Shown: positions 35,817 to 44,315 of the stretch, piece by piece
Numbering within the stretch: position 1 is the stretch's first letter
Layout: each line of letters begins with the position of its first letter
Assembly (NCBI GenBank): GCA_008369845.1
Contig: MRSU01011690.1
Location: 1 to 44,315 of the forward strand
Source: Trichomonas gallinae
Taxonomy: Eukaryota
DNA: 44,315 nucleotides
Direction of reading: 5' to 3'
Made by a program: the position numbers and the translations under genes
Notes under the pieces: model-generated
What the model saw: only the letters and a program-made list of their open reading frames with translations
Databases searched by the model: none
What the model was told of the DNA's origin: nothing

Positions 35817-36712
35817 AGGATGTCCTATCTAGGAGTCAGAAGGGATTCTATTTTTTTTTTCATATAAACCAGGTATTGAATTTTTGAATTTCAGTTGTTT
35901 GGTCAGATCTCTCAATTTTTTAAAAGAATTTTTTTGTCATTTTGATAACATGTTTTATTGAAATTATCATTTTTAATATTCTTTATTATTTATTAATCAT
36001 TAAATTTTTAACATGGTTTATCTACATTTACATATAAACCATTTCATGTTTCAAAGACTAAAATTTTTTATTTACATAAACAATGTTGGATATTTATAGC
36101 ATTGGCTTCACTGTTATCATTTATTTAGCTAATTTTTCACTTTTGTGAAGTGTTAGATTATCATAAAAATTGATTTCCACTCTTACAAGCATGCCAACAC
36201 ATTCCATTGACATTTTCTAAAAAATCATTAAATCGTCGATAATCAATAAATTGAAATCATCAAAATTTTATTGCTTTATTTCAACCAAATCATGAAGTCA
36301 ATCTTATCATTACCATTCTCATTAGCAACCTAAATCCTTCAATATTCCATCAAATAAATGAAGGAAATTCCATTCTTTATAAATGATTTCCTCGATTCAA
36401 TATTTAATTTTCTTTCTAAAATCATTTCAATTTTGTATCCATTTAACATTGTATGAAATTAATATCAAAATGATAATTCAATCACCCATTATATTTTATG
36501 GAAATCGAATATCAAATTTAATCTTTGAACATTCTCATCTTAATTCACATTGAAAATTTCATAGATCATGCAAATATATCCAATGATATATCTTTTGTGT
36601 CTTAATTTTATGATTTTTCAATTCAATTAAAAAAGAATCAGAGAAATTAGAAAGCGATTTCTAAAACGAAATAAACTATTTATAAACAATATAAAAAGAT
36701 AAAAAATAAATA

Positions 36713-39700
36713 TTAAATCAAATTAGGGAAAGGAATAAAACGAATAGAATCAGTTGAGACGATGATGAATGATTCGCATCCCATGTTATAAGTGATAGCT
36801 TGGATATTTTCTTTTGTTTCATAAAATGTTGTCGACTTGTCTGGATACAAAGCGTGGAAATATGAAATCTGATGGTCAGAAGTAACATAAGCAATCAAAT
36901 CCTGTCCTAAATGTTCGAAAGCGTACAAACCTTGAATTTGTCTGCTCATCTCTGCTTCTCTGATGATTTCTCCGTTGATGGTCATAACAATTATCTTCGT
37001 TGACGTTGCAGCAACAATGTAGCCGTAATTCCTTGTGATAATCAAGAACTCTGGCTCGCCTTGTATATTTACCCTGTTGACAAATGTTCCATGCCTATTA
37101 AGAGCGTGAACGGAAATATTTCCATCAATTGTCCCATAAGCGAAAATTCTGAATCTCGGTGACGCGCAAAGAGCAGATATCTTGCAAGAGCTCAGTGTCA
37201 AAACACTTGGCTTTGCGTCTTTCTTGTATTCTTCGACAATAGATATTGTGCAGAAATCAGGGCAGAATAAGAAAGAATTCTCACAGTAAACGAAAATATT
37301 CGTTTCGCAGAACAATGTAAATGTTCCAATAAGTTTTGAGTCCTTATAAACAACAGCTGTCTTCTTTTCTGGTGTATAAATGACGCATCCGCACTGATTA
37401 TAAGCGAATGAAGTATTCGGAGTGATATCAATTGTTTCGTTTGCCATGTGACTTGATATTTTGATGTCTTGGTCGAATATTCCGCAAGAGAATGACGAGT
37501 AAGTTCCATTCGATAAAACAAAACCTAAAGTATACTTGTGGTGGAAATCGTTTAAGTCTGTGTTAATTGCTGCGAATACAATTCTCGATGTTTGTGTAGA
37601 TAACTGGCGTCTGATCATTTTAGTTAATGGAGCAGCAATTGAGATTTTCGGTGGATGTGATTTCATAAATAATTGTTTGTGCTTCTGCTTCTTCATGTTG
37701 CAGCCGAAATTATAATCAATCCACGACAAAACAATCTTTTGAATTGATGGAGTGTCAAGCATTTTACGAATAATCGCGATGAATTCGTATCTATCTTTGG
37801 CCCACGATGGAACTGTTCCTGGGACGGTTGAATCGAAGTAAATTCTTGCGTTAACATTCTTCTTCTTGCAAAGAGAATCAATTGTGATATCATCATTGCA
37901 TTCAACAACTTTAGAGAAATCGAAGATGCAGCCATTAATATTAATATCACTCAACAATGGTGGGAAAATCGGTTGCATGTCTGGCGAATTGAAGCTTCTT
38001 CCAGAGAATATGTTCATGTACATGATATACTCGAATGTTGTTATAACCTGGTTCTGCCATAGATGAGTGAAAGGAAGATTAAGGAAGAAATCTTTTTGCT
38101 TCGGCGGTGGAGAAATGAACTTAAATCCAGGCAACATATTCTTGGGGAAGAATTTTAGGAGCATTTGTGTGTCAGAGATTGGGAAATTCATCAGATATGA
38201 TCTACCGTCGTTCATATAAATCTCGAGATAATTAGGACGAGTGAATAAATAACCGATCATGTCAAACATGAGCTCTTTGCTTGTAACTTGCGTAATGATA
38301 AACGCTCGATCTCTGTAGATCCTGAAATCAGCTGGACTTGAAATTTTCTCTGAAACCAAGTTAACTTTAAATGCTTGTATTGCATCAGGAAGCGGCAAGA
38401 ATTGCTTGACCTGCTTCTCTTGGTTCAAAATCTTCTTCTTGAATGGGCAGAAAGCGTAGCAATATGCTCTGTCTCTCGTGTATGTCTGTTTGTTTGGAAT
38501 TAAGTTGCACATGTCTTGAAGAGAAATCTCAAACTCGTTTGCAATGATGTCATTCGATTCCATTGCGTATGATTGTCTGAATCTGTCGTTAATATATTTG
38601 TGGAAATCTTCCTGACTTTCTAATGTTATCCTGAGTTGCTCTAAAATACCTGAAACGACATCTCTGTAATTATGTTGATGATCAGCTAAACTTTTCTCGA
38701 AGAAATACAAAGAATTCGCCATGAATTGTTGGCGACTTTCGTTTGGAAGATTTTGATTTTTCGTGATCGACATCATAGGAATTAAATACTTCGAATCATG
38801 CTTAAACAAATCATATGTATTCGAACAAATCATTGCTTCTTCAACGAACATCATGTCAAGGAACTTGCATTCTTTGTTTGTTCTTGCTTCATAGTAAAGA
38901 AGAATGTTATTTGGATCAATTTTTGAAAGTTTTTCTAAATGTTCTAAATTGGACAATTCAAGCATCAGAATTGATTTCGTTGAATAAGGCATGAAATCTG
39001 GATCGTTAAATGGAGACTTAACCATTTCAGCTATCAGCGCTTCGTTGTGGCTTCTAAAGCAAGAATGGAAGAAGAAAGAAGAAAATGTTGCGTAAACAAC
39101 AGCAGAATCCAATTCATTGTTGACGCTCATAACTGTGTAGAAACTTGTCTTGATGAACATTATCATCAATTTAGATGTTGGCGGCGATAAAACATCATAA
39201 AGGAATCTGATGAAATAATAAACTTTGTAAAACTCAACAACAGGCTTTGCCATTTTAGGTATTACCTGGCAAATATACAAAATTATAAAGTTCGCGTGGT
39301 CTTCGTGTATATTATAAGCCATGATTAAAGGCCAGACAAACCAATCTGGGCAATAAAACGATTTGTCGCTTTTTAGAGACAATGAAATCTTTGGAGCGAA
39401 TAATTCCATGTATTGGGAGCCAAAATGAATCGCAATTAAGCATAATAATGTCATCAATCCTGGAAAATGTAATAGATTTTCGGAGAAATACTCGAAAACA
39501 TTTTTCTTGTTTTCTTCACTGAGATCCAAGTATATCTGGTAAGAATATTCACTAATATTTTGGTATCCAATCATGTTTATGGTGATAATCGAATTTTTGA
39601 CGATTTCAAAATCTTTATCTTTGACGAGACTTTCTATTAATCCTATATATCTATGCTCGATCAAATTAAGATTTAACAGTGGCTTTGTGATCTCTTGTAT

Positions 39701-42700
39701 GAGTTTTAAGAAAATGATTGTATTTGTTCTTGTCTTGCAAGAAGTGAGATGAGTGAACAAAATAATGAAATCTTGTGATGTGAAATGAATGAAAGCTAAT
39801 CTTTTCATTATTTTCACGAACATTTCACGAATCTTGAAAGCATATTCCACTGTGTATTTACTAGAGAAGAAGTTGCTTGTCTTTATATTGATTTCTGATG
39901 TCAAATCATTGATAGATTTAATATCATCATCTTCTTTGCTGAAAGACAAAACTAATTTGAACTGTGACAACAGCAAAGAGAAGTATGCTTTCTTCTTTAG
40001 CATGCTTGTTGCGTTAGGAAGAAGAATCGTGTACCAGTGAGTTAATATAAATTGTAAATCTTGCGGTGGAGCACGAATCCACAGCCAGAAATTGAAAACT
40101 AATTTGTTGAACCAATCTTTGTACAAAGGGGAATATTCTATCGAATCCAAAACATTGTAGATGGACATGTACAAATCTGAGTTCAATATATAATCGTGTT
40201 GCATCAAATTCGTCAATATTATGCCAATTGAACTGAATCCTTTTTGAGTGACAATTGAGCGTTTAAAGATTAACTTAATCAGTCCGAAAATCATTGGCGG
40301 ATAATTGTTATCAGTGCAGTTGCAGTTGAAGAAGTTCGCCAAAATGTTTCCATATTGTCCATCAATCATGTTATCAAGTAGATTCAATGATGGAACTCTG
40401 CAGTCGGGAACATTGATGATAATAGACTCAACGGAATTTCCAAACAATGAAGAAGGATCGGAGACTCTCTTCCTTGGAATTGTTATTGTAGATAAAACTC
40501 CTGGCTTAGGTATTGACCTTGACTTGAATATTGGCGTCTTAGAGAAAGCCCATGGACGAGTGTTGAGCTCTTCAACATCTTGGCGTGTTAATATTTCAGT
40601 GTAAATCGCGAAATCACCAAAAGCGCCCATTTGTATATTATCCCAATGTGAGTCAGCCATCGGCTCATTCAGTCCACCGACGTCTATATCAAGTTTACCA
40701 TTAAACGTGAAGTCAACTAAATCACTGTCATTCAATGGCTCCGAATTCTGGTAGGTGGAAATTCTTACCATTCCGTTATCCATTTTAATGATAACAGTGT
40801 AAACAGTCCATTGCTGGGAAGGAATGTTTTTGGCGAGAATGACTGAAGTTCTGGTGCAGTCTGCTTCGTATTTCAAGAACATATGACCTGCACTCAAGAA
40901 GCATCTTAAAAGATTTTCATCGTAATCTGTTATAGAGAAAATAGACATGCTTGCGTTGGATGATGTGAAAGGAGTAGCATCGACATTGACTTTAAATGTA
41001 ACAGAAAAGCCTTGATTCAAGTCGCTCGCGAATATATTTTGTACTGAGAACTGTGGTTCTGCTGATGTGCAAAGCGAAAATATTGAAAGAGGAGTCGTAG
41101 CACATTTTCCGAGTAAAATTTCCAAGAAATTCGCGAAATCAAAAGATCGTTGATCAACATTTTTCGAGATGAAATTTACCATTGATGTAGCAATTGCATT
41201 TGACGATTTAGTGAATGATATTGTCGACAAAAGTGGTAAAACATATTTTTGTACATCATTGTATGTCAAATTAATTGAAATCTCGACATTTCTGTAATAG
41301 AAAGTTGCATTGTCTTTCCTTTGGAATATGTATGTCATTAAAATCCAATCTAAATCGCCATCATGGAATTGTCTGCAGTTGTATGATGTATAAGTGCATA
41401 AGCTCATGAATGTTTTCAGAATTTCGACAAATTTATGTGATTTTCCGAAGACGGCAATAATAAGTGGAACAATTGAAGGTTCTTTAATATAGAATCTAGT
41501 TAAAGTTGTCATCGCGCAATATCCACTTAGTAACGACATCAACAGTGAAAAGATTTTATCTGATGGTTCATCGTTGTCGACTTTTTTGATTGCTTTGACT
41601 AATCTTGCGAAAAACGCTCTCTCCAGCATGAATCTGTCCATCGATCTCTCAATTCCGGACAATATTTTTAGAACATTTTCGAGGATTAAAGAATCAGGTC
41701 TTACATCAATGAAATCCAATAATAAATGCAGAATTGGCTGGAAAGATAATGACAAAAATGTTTGTTCAGCGATTGCGTCTGATAAAGTAGTGACCATAAC
41801 TTGCAAATAGTGTAAATATTGGTCATCATTCGCTTTAGGAATTACTCCTTCTATTGCATCGCAGTACCAGTTGACTAATGGCTCTAATATATATGATTTT
41901 TGCGTCGGATCAAAGAAGGGCAGAATATTTCGAACTGCGAAGAAAATCGTTTGCGTTAAATCTGTTTCTAGAGACAAAGACATGAAGAATGGGATGAAAG
42001 AGTTGCACATGAAGCATCTCTTAGCCAATTCCTTTGATTCGAAGATCTTGAAGATGAAAGATAAAAGTGCTGATCTCGGTTCTTCCAACATTTTATAATT
42101 ACATTGACATAGGTCGACCAAAGACTGTCCGAAGCACTTCAACATCTTTGTAGATGTGAACCTTGTGTAATCCATAGTCTCGTATTGCATGATTCTCACG
42201 CAAATTTCTGTGAAGAATATCGGAGTCCTTTCACACATCTCAATAACGTCTGGGAGTACTTCTATATCTCTTTCTATGAGGAAGTCTATGAAGGATGTAC
42301 GTAAACTATTGATCAAATCGTGTAGTGGTGCATCTCCAAAAATTGTATTTGCTGGATTCATCACGAAAGTGTTCATTATTGTAGGGATGAGTAATTTTAT
42401 CAGGTTAAGATCAGTAACTTTCTTGTAAATAACGAAAAATGCTGAATAAATGTAAACAGATTGATTCGGATCAGTAGAAATGCAAACAGATGTAATCAAT
42501 GATTGCAAAACTGATTCAAATGCTTCAGAACTACCCAACGATAAACTCTCTCCCAGGTCTACTGCCATAGAATAAATCTGCCGCGGAATGAATTCTTTAA
42601 GGGGAGCTCCATAGTGTAGTCTTTCGTAAGGAGGCTGCATGAAGTAGGGACTTAAATCGTTTTTGATGACTATTGATGAATAAGGCTGCATTTTTTCTGA

Positions 42701-43579
42701 TGTGACAAATTTTGTATTTGAAATATGTTCGGGTAGTAGTGGATTTGTAATAGAATTTACGACTTTTTCGGCGAATATTGTTGGAATTTTGAATATTTCT
42801 TCTAAAACTGCACGGCTTCGAAATAGTTTTGTGATTCTGCATAGTATTCGCATGCTTATTGACTCTAATTGAACAATAAACTTATCTAGGTAATTTAAGG
42901 CCGGTGTAATATCGTCAGTATGAATAATTTGGCGACTATCAATAACAATTTGCTCAAACATTAATTTCGTATCTCTTATGCTATCGACATGTTCTGTTTG
43001 GGAAACTTGGTCCAAAAAATCGATAAGTATTTTAAAGAAATCCGATTCTAGAGAAACATTTGTGTAAAATTGAACAATTATCGGCTGAATTATTGCTGGA
43101 ACCCATTTAAAACTCATTTCTTTGTTATAAAGAGCTAAGGTGACTACTTTTTTAAACAAATAATTCACTATTCTCGTATATTCAGTATTATTAATTCTAT
43201 TTAATAAATCCATAACGAGTTCTAATTTTTCTACAGACAGTATATTATTGCTATCACTAACGAATCCCATTGCATATATGCCTATAACTGTTGTATATAG
43301 CTGAATATGTTGTTTAAATCTGTCTTTGTTTTTTAATACGCTTCTCAATTCATCAACATCGAATGGGAAATTGTATCCTAGCTGCTTTAATACTGCTTCA
43401 ACGCTTTTGTTCTGCTTAACTTCGTCAGCGAATTTCGAAAATTGCTGTTTATCGAATGTAGGCACTAAACAAATGCATGAGTATTCTGGAGATCCATCGT
43501 TTTCCTTATAGGAGAGAGAAAAATCATAACGGAATGATATTAATTCGAAAAGTGGATCTTTTCCAGATCTTGACCGCAT
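36713..43579 (-). CDS. Beige/BEACH domain protein (helical repeats, ConA/LamG-like, PH-like, degenerate BEACH, WD40)
   Basis: 2288-aa ORF containing LWQNQVITTFEYIMYMNIFSGRSFN..QPIFP, VPSWA..EFI..IRKMLD..V.SWIDYNFG and QLF..SHP, followed by WD40-like repeats (FAYGTIDGNISV). Confidence 0.9.
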   Translation of the reverse strand: MRSRSGKDPLFELISFRYDFSLSYKENDGSPEYSCICLVPTFDKQQFSKFADEVKQNKSVEAVLKQLGYNFPFDVDELRSVLKNKDRFKQHIQLYTTVIGIYAMGFVSDSNNILSVEKLELVMDLLNRINNTEYTRIVNYLFKKVVTLALYNKEMSFKWVPAIIQPIIVQFYTNVSLESDFFKILIDFLDQVSQTEHVDSIRDTKLMFEQIVIDSRQIIHTDDITPALNYLDKFIVQLESISMRILCRITKLFRSRAVLEEIFKIPTIFAEKVVNSITNPLLPEHISNTKFVTSEKMQPYSSIVIKNDLSPYFMQPPYERLHYGAPLKEFIPRQIYSMAVDLGESLSLGSSEAFESVLQSLITSVCISTDPNQSVYIYSAFFVIYKKVTDLNLIKLLIPTIMNTFVMNPANTIFGDAPLHDLINSLRTSFIDFLIERDIEVLPDVIEMCERTPIFFTEICVRIMQYETMDYTRFTSTKMLKCFGQSLVDLCQCNYKMLEEPRSALLSFIFKIFESKELAKRCFMCNSFIPFFMSLSLETDLTQTIFFAVRNILPFFDPTQKSYILEPLVNWYCDAIEGVIPKANDDQYLHYLQVMVTTLSDAIAEQTFLSLSFQPILHLLLDFIDVRPDSLILENVLKILSGIERSMDRFMLERAFFARLVKAIKKVDNDEPSDKIFSLLMSLLSGYCAMTTLTRFYIKEPSIVPLIIAVFGKSHKFVEILKTFMSLCTYTSYNCRQFHDGDLDWILMTYIFQRKDNATFYYRNVEISINLTYNDVQKYVLPLLSTISFTKSSNAIATSMVNFISKNVDQRSFDFANFLEILLGKCATTPLSIFSLCTSAEPQFSVQNIFASDLNQGFSVTFKVNVDATPFTSSNASMSIFSITDYDENLLRCFLSAGHMFLKYEADCTRTSVILAKNIPSQQWTVYTVIIKMDNGMVRISTYQNSEPLNDSDLVDFTFNGKLDIDVGGLNEPMADSHWDNIQMGAFGDFAIYTEILTRQDVEELNTRPWAFSKTPIFKSRSIPKPGVLSTITIPRKRVSDPSSLFGNSVESIIINVPDCRVPSLNLLDNMIDGQYGNILANFFNCNCTDNNYPPMIFGLIKLIFKRSIVTQKGFSSIGIILTNLMQHDYILNSDLYMSIYNVLDSIEYSPLYKDWFNKLVFNFWLWIRAPPQDLQFILTHWYTILLPNATSMLKKKAYFSLLLSQFKLVLSFSKEDDDIKSINDLTSEINIKTSNFFSSKYTVEYAFKIREMFVKIMKRLAFIHFTSQDFIILFTHLTSCKTRTNTIIFLKLIQEITKPLLNLNLIEHRYIGLIESLVKDKDFEIVKNSIITINMIGYQNISEYSYQIYLDLSEENKKNVFEYFSENLLHFPGLMTLLCLIAIHFGSQYMELFAPKISLSLKSDKSFYCPDWFVWPLIMAYNIHEDHANFIILYICQVIPKMAKPVVEFYKVYYFIRFLYDVLSPPTSKLMIMFIKTSFYTVMSVNNELDSAVVYATFSSFFFHSCFRSHNEALIAEMVKSPFNDPDFMPYSTKSILMLELSNLEHLEKLSKIDPNNILLYYEARTNKECKFLDMMFVEEAMICSNTYDLFKHDSKYLIPMMSITKNQNLPNESRQQFMANSLYFFEKSLADHQHNYRDVVSGILEQLRITLESQEDFHKYINDRFRQSYAMESNDIIANEFEISLQDMCNLIPNKQTYTRDRAYCYAFCPFKKKILNQEKQVKQFLPLPDAIQAFKVNLVSEKISSPADFRIYRDRAFIITQVTSKELMFDMIGYLFTRPNYLEIYMNDGRSYLMNFPISDTQMLLKFFPKNMLPGFKFISPPPKQKDFFLNLPFTHLWQNQVITTFEYIMYMNIFSGRSFNSPDMQPIFPPLLSDININGCIFDFSKVVECNDDITIDSLCKKKNVNARIYFDSTVPGTVPSWAKDRYEFIAIIRKMLDTPSIQKIVLSWIDYNFGCNMKKQKHKQLFMKSHPPKISIAAPLTKMIRRQLSTQTSRIVFAAINTDLNDFHHKYTLGFVLSNGTYSSFSCGIFDQDIKISSHMANETIDITPNTSFAYNQCGCVIYTPEKKTAVVYKDSKLIGTFTLFCETNIFVYCENSFLFCPDFCTISIVEEYKKDAKPSVLTLSSCKISALCASPRFRIFAYGTIDGNISVHALNRHGTFVNRVNIQGEPEFLIITRNYGYIVAATSTKIIVMTINGEIIREAEMSRQIQGLYAFEHLGQDLIAYVTSDHQISYFHALYPDKSTTFYETKENIQAITYNMGCESFIIVSTDSIRFIPFPNLI

Positions 43580-44188
43580 TTTTTTGGTGACTTTTCATAA
43601 TCGGAATCAAATCCAAACAGTTTGATCAGTCAATTAGCAATAAAATTGGCCATTATTTTTTGAATTTTTTTTTGGCAAAATAAGAAAACTCTTTTTTCGG
43701 ACTCTAAACATTAAATACAAAATAGGAAACATGAGTTGAATTTGTATTAATGATTCCGCTGCATTTTACTGCGAAATCGCTTCAAAAAGTGACATTTTAA
43801 TTTTTTTAAAATTTTGTTTTATTATATATAATAGAATGAAATATACCATTCCGAGTCAAAATGTAAAGTGTCAAATTTACTGACAAATATTTATAAGTTT
43901 ACGCGGTAAAAATTAATTTACATGTCAATTATGTGAATGATTTTCTTATTGTCGAGATTTCGAACAGACAAGATTGGTAGACTGTAGTATCATTTTAGTC
44001 ATTCATAAAAGGCAGATTTCAATTCCATTCTATCAAAGATTTAGCAAGGAAATTTCACCAAATCTTTCTTCCGAATTATGGCAGACTTAGTGAATGAAGC
44101 ATTATCATCGTCGGCTGTTCATTTTTTTTTAAATCTCATCCAAAACCTTTGAGATGAGCCATGTCGGAGCCAATAAAGATATAGAATC

Positions 44189-44315
44189 TCAGGTGGGGGT
44201 GGAGGTGGGTTTGTTTCGATGCTTTTCTCAATGGGAAAATGATAAGTGGCAGCTCGCCAATGCCATCATACAGCTCATCTGACCCTGTATATGGCAATAT
44301 AGGTCACGGAGCATG
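44189..44315 (+). pseudogene. Fragment of a glycine-rich-family gene (frameshifted C-terminal part, truncated by window edge)
   Basis: SGGGGGGFVS, then after a -1 shift at ~44218 DAFLNGKMISGSSPMPSYSSSDPVYGNIGHGA, which is the typical ending of the Gly-rich family. No intact upstream frame. Confidence 0.55.

Noticed and set aside
37198..43511. Numerous antisense or alternate-frame ORFs inside the BEACH gene and other CDSs
   Set aside because: Shadow ORFs of real genes with no independent evidence.
44130..44315. Several hairpins (AGATGAGC/GCTCATCT, TGCCAT/ATGGCA) suggesting another structured RNA
   Set aside because: The stretch translates as the C-terminus of a Gly-rich family pseudogene, and the stems are mutually competing and explainable by GC content.

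Overview
AT-rich, intron-free eukaryotic genomic DNA, most consistent with a parabasalid such as Trichomonas vaginalis or a relative. This rests on the typical expanded families (Rab, R2R3 Myb, ankyrin, BEACH, F5/8-type C, Gly-rich proteins) and Inr/M2-type promoter motifs. About 16 likely protein genes are present: an alpha/beta hydrolase, long-form RNase Z, a Cys-rich discoidin protein, a Myb, two Rabs, two single-pass membrane proteins, an ankyrin protein, a divergent pair of C2-like paralogs, centrin, a 2288-aa BEACH protein and three lineage-specific hypotheticals. There are also two Gly-rich-family pseudogenes. The most striking unexplained element is a ~900-nt relatively GC-rich island at 34354-35256. 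It is tiled almost end to end by nested hairpins, its two ends pair with each other, and its G-U pairs favour the + strand, making it a candidate large structured RNA or structured RNA-derived insert that matches no family I recognise. Two apparently uncatalogued promoter motifs are also visible: TTGNCRTGTAAA upstream of trafficking/secretory genes, and CAATGACCTA-N5-CATTCAA shared by the paralog pair. All structure calls are by-eye pairing, not computed folds.
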